Shown: piece by piece, positions 37,106 to 48,097 of the stretch
Position numbering within the stretch: position 1 is the stretch's first letter
How the letters are laid out: every line of letters begins with the position of its first letter
Position numbers and translations under genes: made by a program
Assembly (NCBI RefSeq): GCF_006345805.1
Contig: NC_042997.1
Coordinates: 125,116,001 to 125,180,000 of the forward strand
DNA length: 64,000 nucleotides
Origin: Octopus sinensis
Taxonomy: Eukaryota
Direction: 5' to 3'
The notes under the pieces: generated by a model
What the model was told of the DNA's origin: nothing
What the model saw: the letters and a program-made list of their open reading frames with translations, nothing else
The model's database searches: none

Positions 37106-39821
37106 ACAGTGACACACTAAATCCATATTTCATTGAATAGATGTTTATAAATACATGTCTATAATTCTATACAAAACATCTCGTGTATTCAGTTAAAATA
37201 ACATTTTAATTCTTTTATCCTGTTCAATAGTCGCTGTTGTTGATGTTGTTGCTGCTTTCATTGCTGCTGCTGTTGCAGCTGTTGCACTTGATGCTGATGT
37301 TGTAGTTGTTACTGCTGCTGCTGTATGAATAGATCGTATTTCACCTCTTTGTTTCCGTTCTTTTATTTTGTTTAGTCGTATCATTTCCCTCACTAACATC
37401 AACTTAATTGATATTTCTAAATAGCGTCCATTTATTCTTTCTATTTGATCATTCGGCACAATATGATATGATTGCGTAAAACAAGCAACTAAAATACTAA
37501 ACTGATATAAAACATACAATTAATCCTCGCATTTTATATATCTCTTAATTACATATTAGATTGAATATAGAATCTATCTTTCATTTTGCCATATCAACTT
37601 TCATTTTTATAATCTCTAATTACAATTTATTATGTTATTTTGTTATGTTTTGTTTTGTATTTGCATTTTCGATATGTATTTTTGATTTTGTGAGTATAGG
37701 TGGCACAGGCAGGCTTCCATATGAAGCATTTGGAAAATATTTGTCCCAAAATTATTTATTGCTTTTTTTTTATAATTTACGTATAATTTTTTTTGCCTTT
37801 TCGTTCCCATTTTCAATTCTGAAATATTAGTGAGAATAATTACATTTTTAAAGCCACTTTTAGATTGAAATTTCTCCTGAAAAATCAATTAACTGATACA
37901 ACTAATCTATATTCAAATATAAATATTATTACCATTTTTTAGATATATTTCATACATGTCAAATGTTTTAAGAAGAGCCAGAATAGAAAAGAATAAAAGA
38001 AATGAGAGAGGATAATAAAGAGAGTGAGAAAGAAGAAAGATAGAAATAAATTTAGTTGAATTTATATTACATACACGTGAGAATTTATGTTTTGATATAT
38101 TGATTTCTATCTTGTGATAAGCTACTGATGAAGAAAAATAAGTTTGGTTGTGTTGCTGCTCATTTTCTTCATTTGCTGAGAAAATTTTGTGGGAAACGCA
38201 TGAATACCACAAGTTTATATGCTCTTCTCTAAAATTTTAAAGCTTCCTGCCTATACATTCAGATGTGCCAAACATAAAGATTAGTCAGCCGTGTCACATT
38301 GCCGGAAGATAAAATCATTCAATGCTGTTCTATTTAATATGTAAGCGACGTTACGTCATCTTGGGTTTGACATTTTAACATAGAATATAAACAAAGCTAA
38401 ATACTGCTCTGCTCTCTTATTTCTGACAAATCAAATGTCTTTCATTAATTTTATTAAATGATTAATCGAAGTTTTCTCATATTTAACATGTCAGCAAGTG
38501 ATGACTGTTTAGCATTTATTATTGAATTTTATGATGTTTAGAATTACTCATTTCTTATCGTTGCTATTTATTCTCTTCCTTCTTACTATTTCAAATCAGC
38601 TTTACCATTATTATATCTACCATATTCCCTGGAGATATTCATTGACTCATATGTTAAATTGTTTTCTCTTATCTCTCCCAACTTTATGAACAGTAAGAAC
38701 ACTTTTCTCAGAATTAAATTAACCTCCTCACTGTAGCACTATTTCGGTGCAAAATATATTGTATATCTGCGTACATTATTCTTGCTAATGATAGAGGTGA
38801 AGGTCAAAATATTTTCGTAAGACTTTTTGAAGAATTTGTGAGCATCTATATAGCGATTTTCGATTTATATGAATAAATCAGAAACTGCCACTTAACAGCA
38901 CTGAGGTTCTCAGAATTCTACACAACGGAATGTTAACATAGAAGAGAATGGAAATCAAAATTGCATAATGGAATTTCACCTTTTATCAGAAAACTGGAAT
39001 GCTGCGATGGAAATTTCTATTATTATCTGAATGCAAAAAGCCAGGAAGTATCCATTAATTTTCCAGTATAATGGTTTCATCTGCATTTCCGTTGCCAAAG
39101 TCAAACATTTACTGGATCTGAAGGTCTGCCTGGAAATAGAACGATCATTTAAAAATAGAAAGAAATCTATAAGAAAAAAAAATATAAGAACAGCTCAATT
39201 TTAAACTGAGTCACAATAATCAGCATGATATATACCCAGAAAGATTTAGTGTCGTTGAGATGAAATGAAAGATATTTCCTTCGTAAAGTGTATCATAGAG
39301 AAGTCAGTTACATTTAGAATATCATTACATTTTAGAATATCGATAACGTCTTGAACTCACAAATACGAAAAAGAGGTGAAGCGAAGCGATTTTATACCAT
39401 ACACTCCGCTTAAACATGGCTTACGTCATTTATGTAAACGGCGCACGAGAAAACAATAAAATCAAATTTTAATCAAATATATTGCTTCCCCCAATATATT
39501 TTTTCAATAAAATTAACTAAAGATAGAAAACAAAAACTCACAAGTTATTGGAACAGTTGTCAAATTCTAGTGAACTTATTTCAGTCGACCTCAATCACAT
39601 TATGAGTACACCTGCTTTTTATCAACCAGCTGTACGTTATTCGTTTGGCGATATTCAATATATGTCAATTGTAATATAATGAGAGAATATATAATATTCT
39701 TATTGTGGTAACAGAATTAAATTAGAATATTCTCCAGACTATTAAAAAAGGAGACAAAGCAGCCAAATATTAAATGAAATCAAATACAAGATTCACCGCT
39801 AACAAAAATATATAACAAACA

Positions 39822-41183
39822 TAGAATCATGTTTTCGAGTACTTTTTCCTATTATGCCAACGCACAAACACGAACGCATACACCTACACACCACACACAC
39901 ACATGAACACACACAGATACACACCACACACACACACAAACACAAACATACATATATTACATGCAAATCTACATACAAGCGTACATGTATACCTACACAA
40001 ATTTACAGACACATATTCAACAATTCATACACGGATATATGTATGTTTACATAAATACATATATATGTATGAATGTACGCACATCCACGTATACGTCTAT
40101 ATATGTATATATATATATACATATATACAGGTATGCCAAAGAAACAGCTACAGTGCACTGTAGAATAGGGCCACTCCTTGAAAAGGATGGCACACTTACA
40201 GGAAAATCAATGAGGGTAAGTGAAATACTGAATGAGCAATTCAAGAGTGTTTTCACTCCACCCCTTGGGCATCTCCAAATCACCAATCCAACTGACTTTT
40301 TTACCACTGCAGATATAAAATCAGAAGCGGCGACGATAGATTACATCGATATAAAGGAAGACGATGTAATAAAGGCTATAGATGAAATGAAAACAGACTC
40401 AGCTACTGGCCCCGATGGATTCCCGGCAATCCTCCTAAAAGCATGTAAGAGAGTCCTAGCAAGACCACTGCAGTTCCTCTTTCAGAGCTTCCTTGCAGCT
40501 GGCAAACTTCCAGGAAAACTGAAGGAAGGTAAAATATGCCCCATTCATAAAGGAGGTAGCAGAGCGGAAGCCAAGAACTATAGACCTATCTCTCTGACCT
40601 CACACATCAGCAAGGTCATGGAACGAATAGTCAGAAGGAGGCTGATCACCTTCCTTGAAGAGAATGACTTGCTGCCCGACACCCAACATGGTTTCCGACC
40701 AGGGAGAAGCTGTTTAACTCAGCTCCTACAGCACTATGACTGGGTGCTGAAACGGCTGCTCAACCACTCAAATGTGGAAGTGATATATCTCGACTTTGCA
40801 AAGGCCTTTGATAAAGTCGATCATGGAATGATATGTCACAAACTGCGTGATCTCAACATAGTTGGAAAACTGGGAGAATGGCTTCATGACTTTCTGAAGG
40901 ATAGAAGTCAGGTGGTAGTAGCCAATGGGGCCACCTCCATTAACACACAAATAGTGAGCGGTGTTCCGCAGGGCACTGTTCTGGGACCACTACTGTTCAT
41001 AATGGCCCTCTCAGACATGCCCTCAGCCACGCAGAGAGCCACGATTACAAGTTATGCAGATGATACAAAAGTTTCACAGGCAATACAGAACCCTGAGGAC
41101 ACTAAACACCTGCAATGTGAGCTGGACGAAATATACAAGTGTGCTGAAAAGAATAGCATGCAGTTCAATGCTGGAAAGTTTCA
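39822..41183 (+). repeat. Arm A of a ~1.36 kb inverted duplication (partner 44537-45889)
   Basis: Matches the reverse complement of 44537-45889, including ~300 bp of non-LINE flank. Differences are mostly 1-2 bp indels. Confidence 0.95.
40128..41183 (+). pseudogene. CR1-group LINE reverse transcriptase fragment, truncated at both ends
   Basis: Uninterrupted frame with GPDGFPAILLK, KNYRPISLTSHISKVMERIV, QHGFRPGRSCLTQLL, YLDFAKAFDKVDH, SGVPQGTVLGPLLF and YADDTK. Confidence 0.95.
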
Positions 41184-42997
41184 TGCGTGTGTATGTGTAT
41201 GTGTGTGTGTGTGCGTATGTATGTGCACATACGTGTACGTATGTGTACATATACATATATATGTACATGTGCGTGTGTGTGTGTGTGTGTGGGTGTGTGT
41301 ATGTGCATATACGGTTCCCTGCATTTTCCTCCTATATATACAAATTTTGTCTCCCTATATGACTTCTTTTCCCTAAATATTTCTTCTCCTACACCCATAT
41401 CCTCCCTATGTAGTCTCTTTAATTCCCTATATCTATACCCTTCACATTTCTAACTCAGATGTTGAACGCACCCGCCAAACTCCACTTCCCACCCTTCCAA
41501 TTTTCAGTTCCCCCCGCCCGCCCCTACGTATAACACTCACCTCTAACTTTCAACCACCTTCATCTCATGTTAAACTTTACAAAATTATATTTTTATCTTA
41601 TTTTATTTTATTTTTATTTTTACTTTTATTTTTACTTTTATCCTACTTCCATTTATTTTTATTTTTAATTTTATTTTTACTTTTATTCTACTTCCATTTA
41701 TTCTCATTTTCATTTTCATCCCTTACCTTAACTCTTATAATTTTTATAATTCTTATACTTCATTTCTAACTATTACATTGTATTTCTTATTTTATACTGT
41801 ATTTTTTATTTCTAATCTTTACCCTTACCCTCATTCTTACCCCTAACTTATCGCTTTACACCTCTATATATGTTTATTTACTTACCTATGGATCCACTTT
41901 TTGAATATACGAGCGTCCGCGTACGTGTGTATGCGCATACATACATATGCACGCGCATATATGTACATGCATACTTCGATATCTTATAGCTATACCCATG
42001 GGCGCGTGTGTCTCTGTGTGTGTATATGAGTGTATATGTGCACGCACATACGGACACACAGCCGTGTGTGCGTGCACGTATTGACATGATTACGGGATTC
42101 TTTACATGCGTTCTTATACACATCCTTTAATATCTTATACCTAGACCTAGAGGCGTGGGCATATACGTGTGTGTATGTAGTGATGGGCGCGCGTATATAC
42201 ATGTGAGCGTGTACGCGCGTAATGTCCGTGTATATATGCGGATATTCTGTTGTATGTATGTGTGTGTACGCGCGTGCGTGTGGGTGCGTGTGTGTTTATG
42301 TACGTACACGCGAGTGCGTGTGTATGCTTATAGGCTTGGAGGCGTATATGTACGCGTGTATGTGGGTGTATGTATCCATGATGATATGTATGTACTAGAA
42401 GTCCATTTAATTCAAGGAACCAGATTAAATGCTCATCAGCTCTGATTTACAACGCATTAAGTCCCCAGACGAAACTGTTGATTTACTGACAATTCTACAA
42501 CTAAATTTTATCAATCTCCTGACCACCATGCTTGGTCCGTAACCTCTATACATCCCTTATCTTTACATTCTTTTACACTTTTATCATGTTTTTATCAGGT
42601 TTTTTTTACTTTTATTTCTATTTCTATTTTTACTTTATAACCTTATGCCTTTACATTTCTTTATATTTCTTTATATTTCTTTATACACCCTTTACATCTC
42701 CTTACAACTCTTTATATCTTTATCCTCTACATTTTTATATTATTCTATACTTACACCTTTTATACATTTTTTATCCCTCGTCCCGAACTCTCGCCCCTCC
42801 ATCTTCACCTCTATATATGTATTTATTTATTTACATTACCTCAACATCCAATTTTCCTCATTCTACATTGAGTGAAGAAAGAGATGGACGCTTCAATTCT
42901 ATGCTGCTGCCGCATTATGTCGTACGTGAATGAGAGGATTTGCATCCCCAACCAAGAATTTTTGATGTAACACATGTCCTTGTGGAAGCTGTTGTGC

Positions 42998-43075
42998 GCG
43001 GCTGAAGAAGGCCACAGACATACATTATGCATTGTTATAAATCTGTCTAATAAAGGCCCGAAACATATGTACCGC
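42998..43075 (+). ncRNA. Type I hammerhead ribozyme motif (Penelope-type, palindromic stem III)
   Basis: GCGG CTGAAGA AGGCC [41-nt loop containing AATAAA] GGCCC GAAAC ATAT GTA CCGC: 4-bp stem I, 4-bp stem II with an A.C mismatch, ACATATGT palindrome, GUA cleavage triplet. Confidence 0.7.
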
Positions 43076-43179
43076 TGAATCCTTCGCATCATGTTTTTAT
43101 TTTATTTTGATCAATTTACTCCACCACCTACACCACCAAACGGTATACACAGGTGCTTATAATTATCAAGTACTTACCC

Positions 43180-43412
43180 CGAATTTCTATATATACATAT
43201 ATGTATATAAGTATATATATGTATGTTTTTGTGTCTGTGTTTGTCCCCCAACATCGCGTGACAACCGAGTCTGGTGTGTTTACGTCTCCGTAACTTAGCG
43301 GTTCGGCAAAAGTGATCGATAGAAAAAAGTACTAGGGTCGATTTACTCGACTAAAGGTGGTGCTCCAGCATGGCCGCTAGCAAATGACAGGAAGAAGTAA
43401 AGGAGTAAAAGA

Positions 43413-43415
<3 letters not shown>
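43180..43415 (+). mobile_element. SINE family A, 3' half
   Basis: gtcccccaacatcgcgtgacaaccg...cgtaacttagcggttcggcaaaag...ggtgctccagcatggccgc. Confidence 0.8.
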
Positions 43416-43477
<62 letters not shown>

Positions 43478-43570
43478 CATCTATATATATATATATGTAT
43501 ATAAATTTATATATATAAAAAAAATATATATATAGATATTTAAATTTATATATATACATATATATATACT

Positions 43571-43601
<31 letters not shown>

Positions 43602-43759
43602 TATTAATGCTATTAAAACTTTTTTTAAATTCTGTGATAAGACTGTACATCATCTTTAAAGAACTTTAATGAACTTTGGAAATCTGTTTATGTTACTTAA
43701 TTATCTACATCACTTCATGAGTATAGCCTCAACCACTAGGATATCTAGAGAACTCACAT

Positions 43760-43853
43760 GTATTTTACTGATGAGTACGGGACACGTTTATATGCTGTAA
43801 TTTTTGCAACTTTTAATAAAGCCTGTCCTTGTATGAAACGATTGTACTAAAAG
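43760..43853 (+). ncRNA. Decayed type I hammerhead motif
   Basis: TTTTA CTGATGA GTACGGGACA [loop with AATAAA] TGTCCTTGTAT GAAAC GATT GTAC TAAAA. Stem II has ~10 pairs with a bulge; an extra base sits at the cleavage site. Confidence 0.5.
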
Positions 43854-43993
43854 CCTATCCATTCTTGTTGCTTCTTTCTCGCTTATAATCACCCCATTAC
43901 TGTATTGTTAAAACAGTATAGTTTTTTTGGTGCATCTAAGTTAGTACCATATTCAAGTAAATCATTTAAATTAACTTGAATCTTTATTGCTTT

Positions 43994-44117
<124 letters not shown>

Positions 44118-44176
44118 TATATATATATGTATATATTATATAACTCGCTCTGAGATTTATCATTATATATATATAT

Positions 44177-45587
44177 GATTGATTGATTGATTTGATTGAT
44201 TCTAGTTTCAGCTTATGAGCTGTGGCCATGCTGGGGCACCGCCATTTGTTGTTGCTACTTGGTTTTCACTTCATGGAGGCTTTCTAGCAACTGCTATTTG
44301 GTGCATGAGAGAGTTCGATGCAGCTGCCCTCATCTGCCCCTCCTGCCGTGAAGTTGGTTCATCTGGGACAACCTGACAGGAAGAGATCCAGCTTCATTTT
44401 AAAACATCTGTACCACCCCATGCAGGTCTCTCAGGTCTTCGGGAGGATATTGAAGAGCTGTGGCCTCGGAAGCCCAGGCTTATCACAGAATCATTTGGTA
44501 TTGCATTCAGTTTTGCATGCTGATAGTATAAAAGCTTGAAACTTTCCAGCATTGAACTGCATGCTATTCTTTTCAGCACACTTGTATATTTCGTCCAGCT
44601 CACATTGCAGGTGTTTAGTGTCCTCAGGGTTCTGTATTGCCTGTGAAACTTTTGTATCATCTGCATAACTTGTAATCGTGGCTCTCTGCGTGGCTGAGGG
44701 CATGTCTGAGAGGGCCATTATGAACAGTAGTGGTCCCAGAACAGTGCCCTGCGGAACACGCTCACTATTTGTGTGTTAATGGAGGTGGCCCCATTGGCTA
44801 CTACCACCTGACTTCTATCCTTCAGAAAGTCATGAAGCCATTCTCCCAGTTTTCCAACTATGTTGAGATCACGCAGTTTGTGACATATCATTCCATGATC
44901 GACTTTATCAAAGGCCTTTGCAAAGTCGAGATATATCACTTCCACATTTGAGTGGTTGAGCAGCCGTTTCAGCACCCAGTCATAGTGCTGTAGGAGCTGA
45001 GTTAAACAGCTTCTCCCTGGTCGGAAACCATGTTGGGTGTCGGGCAGCAAGTCATTCTCTTCAAGGAAGGTGATCAGCCTCCTTCTGACTATTCGTTCCA
45101 TGACCTTGCTGATGTGTGAGGTCAGAGAGATAGGTCTATAGTTCTTGGCTTCCGCTCTGCTACCTCCTTTATGAATGGGGCATATTTTACCTTCCTTCAG
45201 TTTTCCTGGAAGTTTGCCAGCTGCAAGGAAGCTCTGAAAGAGGAACTGCAGTGGTCTTGCTAGGACTCTCTTACATGCTTTTAGGAGGATTGCCGGGAAT
45301 CCATCGGGGCAGTAGCTGAGTCTGTTTTCATTTCATCTATAGCCTTTATTACATCGTCTTCCTTTATATCGATGTAATCTATCGTCGCCGCTTCTGATTT
45401 ATATCTGCAGTGGTAAAAAAGTCAGTTGGATTGGTGATTTGGAGATGCCCAAGGGGTGGAGTGAAAACACTCTTGAATTGCTCATTCAGTATTTCACTTA
45501 CCCTCATTGATTTTCCTGTAAGTGTGCCATCCTTTTCAAGGAGTGGCCCTATTCTACAGTGCACTGTGTGTTTCTTTGGCATACCTG
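44177..45587 (-). mobile_element. CR1-group LINE, 5'-truncated and internally deleted, with intact 3' end and (AATC)n tail
   Basis: Same RT as 40128-41183. Continues to ..GFRG(P)QLFNILP..DLFLSGVPDEPTSRQEGQMRAAASNSLMHQ across frames, then a 3' UTR ending GCTGAAACTAG(AATC)n. Confidence 0.95.
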
Positions 45588-45889
45588 TATATATGTATAT
45601 ATATATATACATATATAGACGTATACGTGGATGTGCGTACATTCATACATATATATGTATTTATGTAAACATACATATATCCGTGTATGAATTGTTGAAT
45701 ATGTGTCTGTAAATTGTGTAGGTATACATGTACGCTTGTATGTAGATTTGCATGTAATATATGTATGTTGTGTTTGTGTGTGTGTGTGGTGTGTATCTGT
45801 GTGTGTTCATGTGTGTGTGGTGTGTAGGTGTATGCGTTCGTGTTTGTGCGTTGGCATAATACGAAAAAGTACTCGAAAACATGATTCTA
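44537..45889 (-). repeat. Arm B of the inverted duplication
   Basis: Reverse complement of 39822-41183. Confidence 0.95.
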
Positions 45890-45911
45890 CATTTCATTTG
45901 TATATATATAC

Positions 45912-45973
<62 letters not shown>

Positions 45974-45986
<13 letters not shown>

Positions 45987-46211
45987 TTAGAGACAAAACC
46001 ACTATTTTGCAAAACAACAAGGAAAGACTTAATCCATACATAAAATTTTAATAAAAAGTAATCCACCTGAAGATTGTCGTTCAAGACATGAAACAATTGT
46101 AGTGGCGGTTTTTTAACTTTTTTTACTTTTTATTAAAATTTTATGTATTGATTAAGTCTTTCCTTGTTTGTTTTGCAAAATAGTGGTTTTGTCTCTAATT
46201 AATATTATATA
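45974..46211. repeat. Near-perfect 87/88-bp inverted repeat with a 63-bp spacer
   Basis: 45974-46060 versus 46124-46211 differ by one substitution and one 1-bp indel. It abuts a long (TA)n. Confidence 0.92.
46063..46105 (+). ncRNA. Compact type I hammerhead ribozyme motif in the spacer of the inverted repeat
   Basis: CCAC CTGAAGA TTGTC GTTCAA GACAT GAAAC AATT GTA GTGG: intact core, 4-bp stem I, 4-bp stem II with a U.U mismatch, ACAATTGT palindrome, GUA site (cleavage predicted after 46101). Confidence 0.75.
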
Positions 46212-46317
46212 ATATTTTACTATAAAATTGGATTTAATCCTAAATCTGATTTTTTCCCTGTAAATTTGGATTTATTCCCTAATATTTATTATTATATATA
46301 TATATATACACAAATAA

Positions 46318-46356
<39 letters not shown>

Positions 46357-47694
46357 CAAATATATATATATATATATATCTTTACGCATGTATACAGCTG
46401 AACAAATGCATGCAGTTGAAAATGCACTGAGCATATATATGAAGATTCATTTAAATTCTATGTAATACATTCAACCGGTTTCACGTTGGAAGGATTTTCA
46501 AAAATGTATGCCAGAAGGTATGTACGGTAGCATTTAGGTAGCTTATATACTAGAAAGTGTTCTTGGAAGTATACCGGGAAGAAATATAATTCATGATAAA
46601 GAAAATAAGTCAGTAGATATGGATGTCTTGACTTTTATAATATATTTATATGCAACAGAGATAAAATTGCTTGGATTTTACAACAGAAATAACCGACGTA
46701 AGTCAATTTTCTATCACTTCCTTATGAGAACTCTAAACATTTTACATTCGTGTGTTTAATAGAAGAAAAGTAACTCCTGTCTTTTGATATACTGCATATA
46801 TAAATATATATGTATATAAATATATATAGAGATAGATAGATGTATATGTACGTATATATATTGTGTGTATGAGTGTGTGTGTGTATGTATATGTGTATGT
46901 ATGTATACACTCAACCGATTTCGCCTTTTGTTGATTTCATAAGTGTATGTTCAGTTTTCTGACCGTTGTACAAAAAGCTTTTATTTTAAAGAGAGAATAT
47001 GGCTCACACGGCGATTAGTTAACGTATAGATTGATTCCTTGAGGTTTGTTACATGGTGAGGTAAAGAGATGTTCGTTCAATCTTTCGCTATTTCCGTGTA
47101 TTATAGATTATGTATCCACCGCGGCGGAATGCCACGTCCAAAAGATATGACAGTCAGAATATTAGGTATCAAGCGTGATAATTGCTTTCCAGTGTAGGGC
47201 TGCTTTAGCCCTTTGGCTGTGTCCAGGAGATGTGTGAGCTGCTATTATTTTAGTTACCGAAGATGTGGTGATAATTTTTTTGTGCTATACCCTTTTAGCG
47301 AATGATTCAGTAGTATCAAAATGTTTACAAAATGGTTGAAAAATAAGTGTTCAAATTTAACTATCTGGAGTGCTTAACAGTTATAAATAACTACAGTTGA
47401 AAATTGCTGAAACGCCTCAAGTGAATAAAAAGAAAATATTATTTAGTTCCTAAATTTTTACAACATCCATTTAAATATTTTGTATTTGCAGAGCAATTGC
47501 AAATAGAGAAACCGAGAATAGAAGACATTAAATTAAAAGCATTCATACTTTATGATAAAGAATATTTATATCTCAAATAACTGCATCATACCCAAATATG
47601 GATAACCAAGAGCATCATCAGACGACATAAGCTCAATACCATCCTGTATGAGAAATTTTTTAGTGTATATCAAGTTGCGGTACTTATTTACTAT

Positions 47695-48097
47695 TTTACT
47701 CTTATACTTGTTTCAGTCATTTGACCGTCATCATCCTGGAGCAACGCCTTTAGTCGAGCAAATCGACCCCAGGACTTATTCTTTGTAAGCCTAGTACTTA
47801 TTCTATCGGTTTATTTTGCCGAACCGCTAGGTTACGGGGACGTAAACACACCAGCATCGGTTGTCAAGCGATGTTGGGGAGTCAAACACAGACACAAAAA
47901 CATATACACACACACATATACATATATACATATATACGACGGGATTTTTCAGTTTCCGTCTACCAAATCCACTCACAAGGCTTTGGTCGGCCCGAGGCTA
48001 TATTAGAAGACACTTGCCCAAGTTACGACATAGTGAGACTGAACCCGGAACCACGTGGTTGGTAAGCAAGCTACTTACCACACAGCCACTCCTACGC
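47695..48097 (-). mobile_element. Full-length SINE family A
   Basis: Reverse complement of the 28801-29225 layout. Confidence 0.9.

Noticed and set aside
38270-38347. AG...GTAAGC bounded 78-nt segment as an exon
   Set aside because: All three frames contain stops.
39961-41376. 471-aa ORF as an intact gene
   Set aside because: Only 40128-41183 is LINE RT. Both ends are low-complexity read-through, and there is no endonuclease domain or true start.
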